Shown here: positions 25,917 through 32,000 of the stretch, piece after piece
How the letters are laid out: every line of letters begins with the position of its first letter
Numbering within the stretch: position 1 is the first letter of the stretch
The notes under the pieces: generated by a model
What the model was told of the DNA's origin: nothing
The model's input: the letters and a program-made list of their open reading frames with translations, nothing else
Database searches by the model: none
Source: Pseudidiomarina andamanensis
GTDB taxonomy: Bacteria > Pseudomonadota > Gammaproteobacteria > Enterobacterales > Alteromonadaceae
Length of the DNA stretch: 32,000 bases
Assembly: GCF_009734345.1 (NCBI RefSeq)
Contig: NZ_CP032551.1
Coordinates: forward strand, 360,001 to 392,000
Reading direction: 5' to 3'
Program-made: the position numbers and the translations under genes

Positions 25917-27511
25917 GCGTCGTCACCTTCTTTGTTCTGTTGTTGAGCCGCTGCCGCTTGTGCTGCTTTTCGTGCTTTAGCGCGGGCAATGGCCGCTTGC
26001 ACGGCGTCTTGCGGATTGTCACCGCCCTGTGCGACAGCTTCAGCTTGGGCTTTCTTCCGTGCTTCGGCGGCTTTACGATGCCGTTCAAGACGTTCTTGTT
26101 TCTCGCGCTCAAGGCGTTCTTGGCGTGCTTCAAAACGTTCGCGTGCCACTTCCGCTTTCGCCTTTTCACGCGCAATATTGCGAACTTCAGCTTTCGCTTT
26201 ACGGTAATAATGCACTAACGGAATTTCGCTTGGGCACACATAAGCACAAGCCCCGCATTCAATACAGTCAAATAGGTTCTGCTGATCTAACCCGTCATAG
26301 TCTTTTGCTTTAGCCAGCCACTGTAATTGTTGTGGTAACAGCTGGGCAGGGCAGACGTCAGCACAAGCACCACAGCGAATACATGCCATTTCGTCTTGTG
26401 CTGGCGCAAGTTCTTGGCTGCTTGGCACTAAAATACAGTTGGTAATTTTCACCACCGGTACAGACAAGTCAGCGAGGGTAAAGCCCATCATGGGCCCACC
26501 CATAATTACCCGTTGGTCGGGTTCCGGTTTAAACCCACATTGTTCCAATAAATAGGCAACCGGCGTACCTAGGCGAACCCAGTAATTACCTGGCTTCTCA
26601 ACATTTTCACCGGTGACCGTGACTACGCGCTCAATCAGCGGTTTACCTTGAAGTACCGCTTGCGCTACGGCAAATGCGGTACCAACGTTTTGCATCACTA
26701 AGCCAACATCAATTGGCAACCCGCGACTTGGTACTTGGCGACCGGTCAATAGTTGAATTAGCTGTTTTTCGCCACCTGACGGGTACTTCACCGGCACCAC
26801 GCGCAGTGCAAGTTGCGGGTGTTTATCTAATAACCCTTCGAATGCCGCAATCGCTTCAGGTTTGTTTGCCTCAATCGCAATTAACGCTTTTTTACAGCCA
26901 GCGATGTGTAGCAGAATTTCGGTGCCATCAATAATGGTTTGTGCGTGCTCACGCATGAGACGGTCATCGGCACTGATATAAGGCTCGCACTCAACGCCAT
27001 TAATAATGAGATAGTCTAACGGACGCTGTAACGCGAGTTTTTGCGCCGTCGGGAAACCGGCGCCGCCCAAACCTGCAATGCCTGCATCCTTGATTCGCTC
27101 AAGCAAATCAGCGCGACTGATTTGTGTGTAATCAGCTAATGGCTCTAGGGCAATATGCTCATCGTTGCCGTCGGCTGTGATGGTAATCACCGTGTCGGCA
27201 AGCCCCGACGGGTGCGCAATAATACCAGGCCCAATGGCGGTGATGGTGCCGGAAGTAGGGGCATGCACGGGCAGCCCGTTATTCGCGCCAATTTGCGTGA
27301 GTGCTTGGCCAGCTTTCACCTGATCGCCCACCTGTACCAACAGTTCACCGGGTGCACCAGAGTGTTGTTTCAACGGCAAATAATAGTCTTTTGCTAACGG
27401 CAATGGTGCTATGGATGTTTGATTCGACAGCTCTTTACGCTCGGGCGGATGAATACCACCTGGAAACGTCCAAATGTGACCTGCTTCTATCGCTTTGGTT
27501 GCTGCTGACAT
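25913..27511 (-). CDS. rnfC: Rnf/Rsx complex subunit C
   Basis: Two ferredoxin-type clusters (CIRCGACADVCP, CIECGACAYVCP), an NADH/FMN-binding-like GLGGAGFP and a K/A/E/R-rich low-complexity tail. I set the start at ATG 27511, where TAATG overlaps the rnfB stop and the product begins [26 protein letters not shown]. The track ORF extends 18 codons further upstream into rnfB. Confidence 0.9.
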   Translation of the reverse strand: MSAATKAIEAGHIWTFPGGIHPPERKELSNQTSIAPLPLAKDYYLPLKQHSGAPGELLVQVGDQVKAGQALTQIGANNGLPVHAPTSGTITAIGPGIIAHPSGLADTVITITADGNDEHIALEPLADYTQISRADLLERIKDAGIAGLGGAGFPTAQKLALQRPLDYLIINGVECEPYISADDRLMREHAQTIIDGTEILLHIAGCKKALIAIEANKPEAIAAFEGLLDKHPQLALRVVPVKYPSGGEKQLIQLLTGRQVPSRGLPIDVGLVMQNVGTAFAVAQAVLQGKPLIERVVTVTGENVEKPGNYWVRLGTPVAYLLEQCGFKPEPDQRVIMGGPMMGFTLADLSVPVVKITNCILVPSSQELAPAQDEMACIRCGACADVCPAQLLPQQLQWLAKAKDYDGLDQQNLFDCIECGACAYVCPSEIPLVHYYRKAKAEVRNIAREKAKAEVARERFEARQERLEREKQERLERHRKAAEARKKAQAEAVAQGGDNPQDAVQAAIARAKARKAAQAAAAQQQNKEGDDA

Positions 27512-28074
27512 TAGTTTGACGACTCCACAACTCGAACAGGAATCTGCTGGAGATCCCACTGCCAATTATCCGGCCGAACAGGCACCGGAACCATGTCAAT
27601 ACAATCCACTGGGCATGGCTCTACACAAAGGTCGCAGCCCGTGCACTCGTGTGCAATTACGGTATGCATTTGTTTAGCGGCACCTAAAATGGCATCAACA
27701 GGGCACGCCTGAATACATTTGGTACAGCCGATACATTCGTCTTCACGAATGACGGCAACTTTCTTCACGTCTTCTTCGCCGTGAGCAGAATCCAGCGGTT
27801 TCGCCTCAACGCCCATCAAATCGGCTAAGGCATTAATTGTCGATTGACCGCCCGGTGGGCACTTATTTATTTCATCACCATTGGCAATGGCTTCGGCATA
27901 TGGGCGACAGCCCGGATAGCCGCATTGGCCACACTGTGTTTGCGGCAAAACTGCATCGATTTGATCCACAATCGGGTCACTTTCAACGCGGAATCGCACG
28001 GCAGCAAAGCCAAGAATAAGACCGAAAATAAGCGCGAGAACGCCAAATACGATGAGAGCAGTTACAACGGTCAT
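27511..28074 (-). CDS. rnfB: Rnf/Rsx complex subunit B
   Basis: 187 aa. N-terminal anchor, a CxxCxxxxC block ([13 protein letters not shown]) and two 4Fe-4S ferredoxin motifs ([24 protein letters not shown]). Confidence 0.92.
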   Translation of the reverse strand: MTVVTALIVFGVLALIFGLILGFAAVRFRVESDPIVDQIDAVLPQTQCGQCGYPGCRPYAEAIANGDEINKCPPGGQSTINALADLMGVEAKPLDSAHGEEDVKKVAVIREDECIGCTKCIQACPVDAILGAAKQMHTVIAHECTGCDLCVEPCPVDCIDMVPVPVRPDNWQWDLQQIPVRVVESSN

Positions 28075-28655
28075 GAGGTGGTCACCAAGCCGCTAAAGCC
28101 CATAAATGCCAGAGACATCAGGCCCGCTGTAATCATTGCCACAGCCGCTCCTTTGAACGGGATAGGAACATCTGCTGCCGCTAAGCGCTCGCGCAAGGCT
28201 GAAAACAGAATTAGTACAAGAGAGAAACCAAGAGCGGCGCCAAAACCGTACACAATTGATTCAATAAAATTGTGCTGTTCATTGATATTTAATAAAGCCA
28301 CACCAAGTACCGCACAGTTGGTGGTGATCAGCGGTAAGAAAATACCTAGCAAGCGATATAAAGTAGGGCTGGTTTTGTGCACGACCATTTCGGTGAATTG
28401 CACCACAACGGCAATTACCAAAATAAAGCTCAATGTTTGCAACGCCATCAAATCGAGCGGCGCCAAAATATATTGATTCACCAAATAGCTCGAAACCGAC
28501 GCTAACGTTAGTACAAACGTGGTTGCAGCCGACATACCGATAGCGGTTTCTAGCTTATTGGAAACCCCCATAAACGGGCATAACCCGAGGAATTTAACCA
28601 ATACGAAATTGTTGACTAGTACCGTTGCTACCAACAGCAGCAAGTAGTCACCCAT
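28071..28655 (-). CDS. rnfA: Rnf/Rsx complex subunit A
   Basis: I set the start at ATG 28655 ([32 protein letters not shown]), giving 194 aa, close to E. coli RsxA. The 32-codon upstream extension in the track ORF is not RnfA-like. Confidence 0.9.
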   Translation of the reverse strand: MGDYLLLLVATVLVNNFVLVKFLGLCPFMGVSNKLETAIGMSAATTFVLTLASVSSYLVNQYILAPLDLMALQTLSFILVIAVVVQFTEMVVHKTSPTLYRLLGIFLPLITTNCAVLGVALLNINEQHNFIESIVYGFGAALGFSLVLILFSALRERLAAADVPIPFKGAAVAMITAGLMSLAFMGFSGLVTTS

Positions 28656-28838
28656 GCGAAAATCCGTCCCATTACTTTGAATAGTGCCTATTATCGAATT
28701 TTTAGCGCTGTGAAACAACCGATGAACTGTAGTGTTATTCAAGTTTGTCACTGAATATTCATAAAACTGTCACGGTGTTGTTACGCGAACTGTCTAAATT
28801 TCAACCAAGCCAGCAACGGCAAGCCGCATGAGGCATTA

Positions 28839-29381
28839 ATGATGACCGCATTTATGGCCAGATGGATTGGTAAGTTTAGCCAGTTTGATCAACGTAGTTT
28901 TCGTTGGTTAAATCATCGACTTGAGCGCTGCTGTCGCCATCAAATTGTTCGTTGGATATCTCGTTCAGGTGATGGTTATGTGTATGCACTGATAGCCTTA
29001 ATGATGGCGATTTATCTTGAGACTGAAAGTGTTATTCCTATTACCGCGTTGCTTATTGGTTTTGCAATTGAAGTACCGCTGTTTTCAATACTAAAACGTA
29101 TATTAAAGCGTCAACGTCCTTATCAAAAGAATCCGCAGTTTCGTTCGGTCATTTTGGCACACGATCAATTTAGTTTTCCGTCAGGGCATACCACAGCTGC
29201 CTTTTTGTTTGCTGGCATTATGAGTGCTTTCTTCCCAGCATGGTCATGGGTGCTCTATGTCTGGGCTGCTGCTATCGGTGCTTCGCGTGTGTTGCTAGGT
29301 GTGCATTACCCTGGAGATATTCTCGCCGGTGCCACACTCGGTTACGTCATTAGTCGTTATGCAATTAGTTTGGCAAGTTAG
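28839..29381 (+). CDS. PAP2-family (type 2 phosphatidic acid/undecaprenyl-PP-type) phosphatase
   Basis: 180-aa membrane protein with all three PAP2 motifs: KRILKRQRPY, PSGHT and SRVLLGVHYPGD. The RBS GAGG lies 6 nt upstream. Confidence 0.85.
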   Translation: MMTAFMARWIGKFSQFDQRSFRWLNHRLERCCRHQIVRWISRSGDGYVYALIALMMAIYLETESVIPITALLIGFAIEVPLFSILKRILKRQRPYQKNPQFRSVILAHDQFSFPSGHTTAAFLFAGIMSAFFPAWSWVLYVWAAAIGASRVLLGVHYPGDILAGATLGYVISRYAISLAS

Positions 29382-29408
29382 CGCCGTCGTAAAGTTCATG
29401 GAGGTAGT

Positions 29409-30467
29409 ATGCGAATTTTAATTGGTGTTCAGGGAACCGGTAACGGCCATTTGAGCCGATGTTCAGCCCTAGCTGAGGCGTTAGAGAGCTTCCCAGATGT
29501 TCAGGTGCAATTTTTGGTTTCTGGCCGCGATAAAAGTCAGTTATTTGACATGGCTGCATTTGGTGACTGGCAATGGCGCCAAGGCTTGTCGTTTGTGGTT
29601 GAGCAGGGCAAGGTGAATTTGTTTGAAACGGTGCGTCGTAATCAATGGCAACAGTTTTGGAAAGATGTGCGTGAACTCGATTTAAGCGACATTGATTTAG
29701 TGGTGAGTGATTATGAACCGATTACCGCTTGGGCAGGGCGCTTGCAAGGTAAAAAAGTGATTGGTTTAGGGCGTCAGTACGCATTCTATAAGCCAACGCC
29801 CAGCCTGCCAATTTCAGCAGCCCATCGACAAATGTTACGCTGGTTTGCGCCGGCTGACGTCGCCGTTGGCATGCATTGGTTTGATGACGCATCGCATGTA
29901 TTACCGCCAATTATTCATCAGCGTGGTCGCAACGCTAGCGTGCGTCCGCGTCATTATGTCGTGTATTTACCATTTGAGCCGCTGGCATCTATTCATAAGC
30001 TATTACAGCCATTTGAGAATACGACTTTTGAGGTGTTCCATCCGCAAGCAGAACAACGTGAAGTGGGGCATATTCGTTATTTTGCGCCATCACGAATTGG
30101 ATTTGCAGAAGCGATGGCTAGAGCCGAGGGAATCATCAGCAACGCCGGCTTCGAAACCGCTAGCGAAGCGCTGGCAACGGGCAAGAAATTGCTAGTTAAG
30201 CCGTTAACCGGTCAATTTGAGCAAACAGCCAATGCCGAATGTTTGGAGCGATCACGTTTAGCGCAAGTGATGTGGTCATTAGACTCTGACGCGGTATCGA
30301 AGTTTTTACAGGTGCAAAAAGGGAATTATTGTCGCTGGCCGAATGTCGCGCATGCGGTTGCCGAATGGTTAAGCGACGGCGCAGTAGAGCCTGTTCACCA
30401 TTTAAGTGCAAGACTTTGGCAGCGTACTGAATTTGAAGATTACATGGAATGTTTAAAGAGTTATTAA
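29409..30467 (+). CDS. Glycosyltransferase, MJ1255/TIGR00661-like (GT-B, MurG/GT28-like fold)
   Basis: 352 aa. The N-terminus MRILIGVQGTGNGHLSRCSALAEAL and the C-terminal GFETASEALATGKKLLVKP fit that family as I remember it. The RBS is GGAGG. It starts 27 nt after the PAP2 gene. Confidence 0.65.
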   Translation: MRILIGVQGTGNGHLSRCSALAEALESFPDVQVQFLVSGRDKSQLFDMAAFGDWQWRQGLSFVVEQGKVNLFETVRRNQWQQFWKDVRELDLSDIDLVVSDYEPITAWAGRLQGKKVIGLGRQYAFYKPTPSLPISAAHRQMLRWFAPADVAVGMHWFDDASHVLPPIIHQRGRNASVRPRHYVVYLPFEPLASIHKLLQPFENTTFEVFHPQAEQREVGHIRYFAPSRIGFAEAMARAEGIISNAGFETASEALATGKKLLVKPLTGQFEQTANAECLERSRLAQVMWSLDSDAVSKFLQVQKGNYCRWPNVAHAVAEWLSDGAVEPVHHLSARLWQRTEFEDYMECLKSY

Positions 30468-30468
30468 G

Positions 30469-30545
30469 TGGCTCCCCAGGTTGGATTCGAACCAACGACA
30501 CATGGATTAACAGTCCACCGCTCTAACCAACTGAGCTACTGGGGA
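30469..30545 (-). tRNA. tRNA-Asn (anticodon GTT), CCA encoded
   Basis: The reverse complement is TCCCCAG TA GCTC AGTTGGTTA GAGC G GTGGA CTGTTAA TCCAT GTGTC GTTGG TTCGAAT CCAAC CTGGGGA GCCA. It folds into a full cloverleaf with anticodon loop CT-GTT-AA and resembles E. coli tRNA-Asn. Confidence 0.95.
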
Positions 30546-30582
30546 ATACTTAAGGGGTATTCGGGGGTGTTGTGAGATGTCT

Positions 30583-30659
30583 TGGCTCCCCAGGTTGGAT
30601 TCGAACCAACGACACATGGATTAACAGTCCACCGCTCTAACCAACTGAGCTACTGGGGA
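30583..30659 (-). tRNA. tRNA-Asn (anticodon GTT), second identical copy
   Basis: 77 nt, identical to 30469-30545. The spacer between the copies is 37 nt. Confidence 0.95.
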
Positions 30660-30681
30660 ACACATCTGACAACGGGTGCGA

Positions 30682-30710
30682 ATGTTAAAGGCGGTTGCGG
30701 CCTCTGTCAA
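30682..30710 (-). promoter_or_regulatory. Strong sigma70-type promoter of the tRNA-Asn tandem
   Basis: On the minus strand: an A/T-rich UP-like tract (TTTTTTAGTA), -35 TTGACA (30710-30705), a 17-nt spacer, -10 TAACAT (30687-30682), then a GC-rich discriminator (TCGCACCC) typical of stable-RNA promoters. It lies about 22 nt upstream of the mature tRNA 5' end. Confidence 0.65.
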
Positions 30711-30823
30711 TACTAAAAAATGCTGTTTGCTTGTTTTGTGCGCAAACTGTATGAAAAATTTAAAGTCAAGTAGTCACAATGGTTGTCTATATACCAAATG
30801 ATATACACTCAAACTCGTCTCGG

Positions 30824-30905
30824 TTATCCACATGAAAGCAGATCGCACGTGTTTCAACGGCTAGACAATCTTATCCACTAAATCTGTGGATAACCTTGTG
30901 GGAAA
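30824..30905. promoter_or_regulatory. Cluster of DnaA boxes
   Basis: TTATCCACA (30824-30832, perfect). TTATCCACT (30871-30879, 8/9). TGTGGATAA (30885-30893, perfect, opposite orientation, 5 bp from the previous box). TGTGGGAAA (30897-30905, 7/9). Confidence 0.6.
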
Positions 30906-31226
30906 CTGTGTGAGTTGCTTTTAACGGTGGGCTTTTGGGGCTGATTTAGCGATTGCTTAAAAATTGGCTTTAAAAATAAATAACTATATAAAACAACCTG
31001 TTATGTGTCACCTTTACAGAACCTTGAAAGTTTTTGGCGGCGACATGTCGTCTGTCGCATTTTGATACATCGATTGTGTATTTCTTACCTAATTTGTACA
31101 CAAAACCGACGCTAATAGAGCGCTTATAACCCAGTGTATTTCCGATGATTAATTTTTTGTGACGAATATATTTTAAACAACTGTTTTAGCGTTGCTGTCA
31201 TGACCATGTCATATGAATTATTCATG

Positions 31227-31255
31227 AAAAAAGCCGCATTGATTGAATGCGGCTT
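31227..31255 (-). terminator. Rho-independent terminator of the aminotransferase gene
   Basis: Perfect 10-bp stem AAGCCGCATT (31231-31240) with AATGCGGCTT (31246-31255) and a 5-nt loop. On the minus strand it is followed by a T-run (A-run 31227-31232 on plus). It lies about 26 nt after the stop. Confidence 0.8.
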
Positions 31256-31280
31256 CAGTCGACATTATTTAAGCTGAAGA

Positions 31281-32000
31281 TTAAGCGCTTTCGGCAAACG
31301 CTTTAATACGTTTTACTGCTTCTTTTAGCGTATCGAGGCTACAGGCGAACGAGAAGCGGCAGTGGCCAGGTGCACCAAATGCGGTACCTGGAACTAACGC
31401 CACTTTGGCTTCATTCAAAATCATCTCGCACAACTCAACGTCTGAACTTGCGCCTTTTTGACTGATAAGCTCATCAATATTAGCAAACGTATAGAAAGTA
31501 CCGTCACCAGCAATGCATTTCATACCAGGAACTTCGTTGAGGGCTTCCACGAGATAATCGTGGCGCTGTTTAAACGCCTTAACCATGTCGGTGATACAGC
31601 TCTGGTCACCTTCAAGTGCAGCAAGCGCGGCCCACTGGCTGATGCTGGCTGGGTTTGAGGTGCTTTGCGATTGAATCTTCTTCATCGCGGCAATCAGTGG
31701 CTTAGGGCCAGCAGCGTAACCAATGCGCCACCCCGTCATGGCGTATGCTTTTGATACACCCGACAAAATCACAATGCGCTCTTTCAAATCTGGTGCAACC
31801 ATCGCGATGTTATGGAAGCTCTCGTCACTCCACAAAATGTGCTCGTACATATCGTCGGTGGCGATTAGAACTTGCGGATGTTGACGCAACACGTCGGCAA
31901 GGCTTTCTAATTCAGCTTTGGTGTAAGCAGTGCCTGTTGGGTTTGACGGGCTATTTAAAAACATTAAGCGTGTTTTCGGAGTAATGGCTGCGGCTAATTG
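31281..32000 (-). CDS. Class-I PLP-dependent aminotransferase (aspartate aminotransferase-like), 5'-truncated by the window edge
   Basis: NSPSNPTG and the PLP-lysine block SGVSKAYAMTGWRIGYAAGP. The reading frame stays open from 31964 to 32000 (..LAAAITPKTRLMFLNSP..), so the N-terminal 170 or so residues lie outside the window. Confidence 0.88.
   Translation of the reverse strand, partial: QLAAAITPKTRLMFLNSPSNPTGTAYTKAELESLADVLRQHPQVLIATDDMYEHILWSDESFHNIAMVAPDLKERIVILSGVSKAYAMTGWRIGYAAGPKPLIAAMKKIQSQSTSNPASISQWAALAALEGDQSCITDMVKAFKQRHDYLVEALNEVPGMKCIAGDGTFYTFANIDELISQKGASSDVELCEMILNEAKVALVPGTAFGAPGHCRFSFACSLDTLKEAVKRIKAFAESA

Noticed and set aside
25906-26313. Several overlapping ORFs (89, 92, 72 and 94 aa) in multiple frames at the rnfC 3' end.
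   Set aside because: They arise from the repetitive GC-rich DNA that encodes the K/A/E/R-rich low-complexity RnfC tail, and their products are arginine/lysine junk. The RnfC frame explains the region.
27844-28476. A 210-aa plus-strand ORF antisense to rnfB/rnfA.
   Set aside because: It lies entirely opposite two strongly recognisable Rnf genes. Its composition is odd, it has no RBS or motif, and long antisense ORFs are common opposite membrane-protein genes.
28656-28751. N-terminal extensions of track ORFs: rnfA 32 codons, rnfC 18 codons (27512-27565), nuclease 14 codons (4715-4756) and GNAT 39 codons (11520-11636).
   Set aside because: The extensions lack family similarity, overlap upstream genes or promoters, and have better internal starts with an RBS or start/stop coupling. 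I used the internal starts.
30196-30501. A 101-aa minus-strand ORF running through the first tRNA-Asn gene into the glycosyltransferase gene.
   Set aside because: It begins inside a tRNA gene and is antisense to a well-supported CDS, so it is spurious.
28839-30659. tRNA-Asn as the attachment site of a genomic island containing the PAP2-GT pair.
   Set aside because: There is no integrase and no partial tRNA 3'-end direct repeat elsewhere in the window. The composition of the two genes looks like the backbone.
30720-30773. A 17-codon ORF (MLFACFVRKLYEKFKVK) and other mini-ORFs in the ORF-free gap.
   Set aside because: It has no Shine-Dalgarno sequence and sits in the A/T-rich UP-element region of the tRNA promoter on the opposite strand. 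Its length is compatible with chance.
30720-31225. The idea that the DnaA-box region is the chromosomal origin (oriC).
   Set aside because: There are only 3-4 boxes and one GATC. I see no array of AT-rich 13-mer-like repeats. The flanking genes (tRNA-Asn, aminotransferase) are not the usual mioC/gidA or rpmH/dnaA context. A non-origin DnaA site fits better. This cannot be fully excluded without the genome.
31213-31225. The palindrome ATGAAT-T-ATTCAT next to the aminotransferase terminator, considered as a Fur-like box.
   Set aside because: It only loosely resembles the Fur 7-1-7 consensus, and it lies downstream of a gene rather than at a promoter.

Overview
This window reads as a chromosomal segment of a gammaproteobacterium, probably a marine Alteromonadales/Oceanospirillales-like organism; I cannot name the species. 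It is densely coding and mostly core. It holds dsbB and fadR, then a redox-defence neighbourhood (an OYE flavin reductase, sodB, and a grxD-peroxiredoxin pair). Next comes a large secreted multi-domain endonuclease-I nuclease, followed by a YgeA-like racemase with a GNAT gene. A translationally coupled DUF924/DUF429-like pair follows, then a CSD-DUF1294 protein, an AraC/GyrI regulator with a divergent GNAT, rhlE, a lipoprotein and a secreted alpha/beta hydrolase. After the islet described below come an overlapping pair (secreted ChaN/Tiki-like protein plus VOC protein), an FCY1-type cytosine deaminase, a YjdF-like membrane protein, a GGDEF cyclase and a Tsx/OmpK porin. A tight nine-gene array rnfABCDGE-nth-gloA-rnt lies on the minus strand, followed by a PAP2 phosphatase with an MJ1255-type glycosyltransferase, two identical tRNA-Asn(GTT) genes and a partial class-I aminotransferase. 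Two places stand out. (1) An AT-rich islet of about 1.5 kb at 14.8-16.3 kb, the window centre, carries a truncated IS3 OrfA plus two orphan genes: a 101-aa soluble protein and a 189-aa two-TM protein with its own promoter. This is my best candidate for an undescribed module. (2) An ORF-free gap of about 0.6 kb at 30.7-31.3 kb contains a tight mixed-orientation cluster of consensus DnaA boxes. Other points are a heptamer-array repeat family, near-identical terminators bracketing the nuclease gene, and several zero-spacer convergent gene junctions. All family calls come from motif recognition by eye; no database search was possible.
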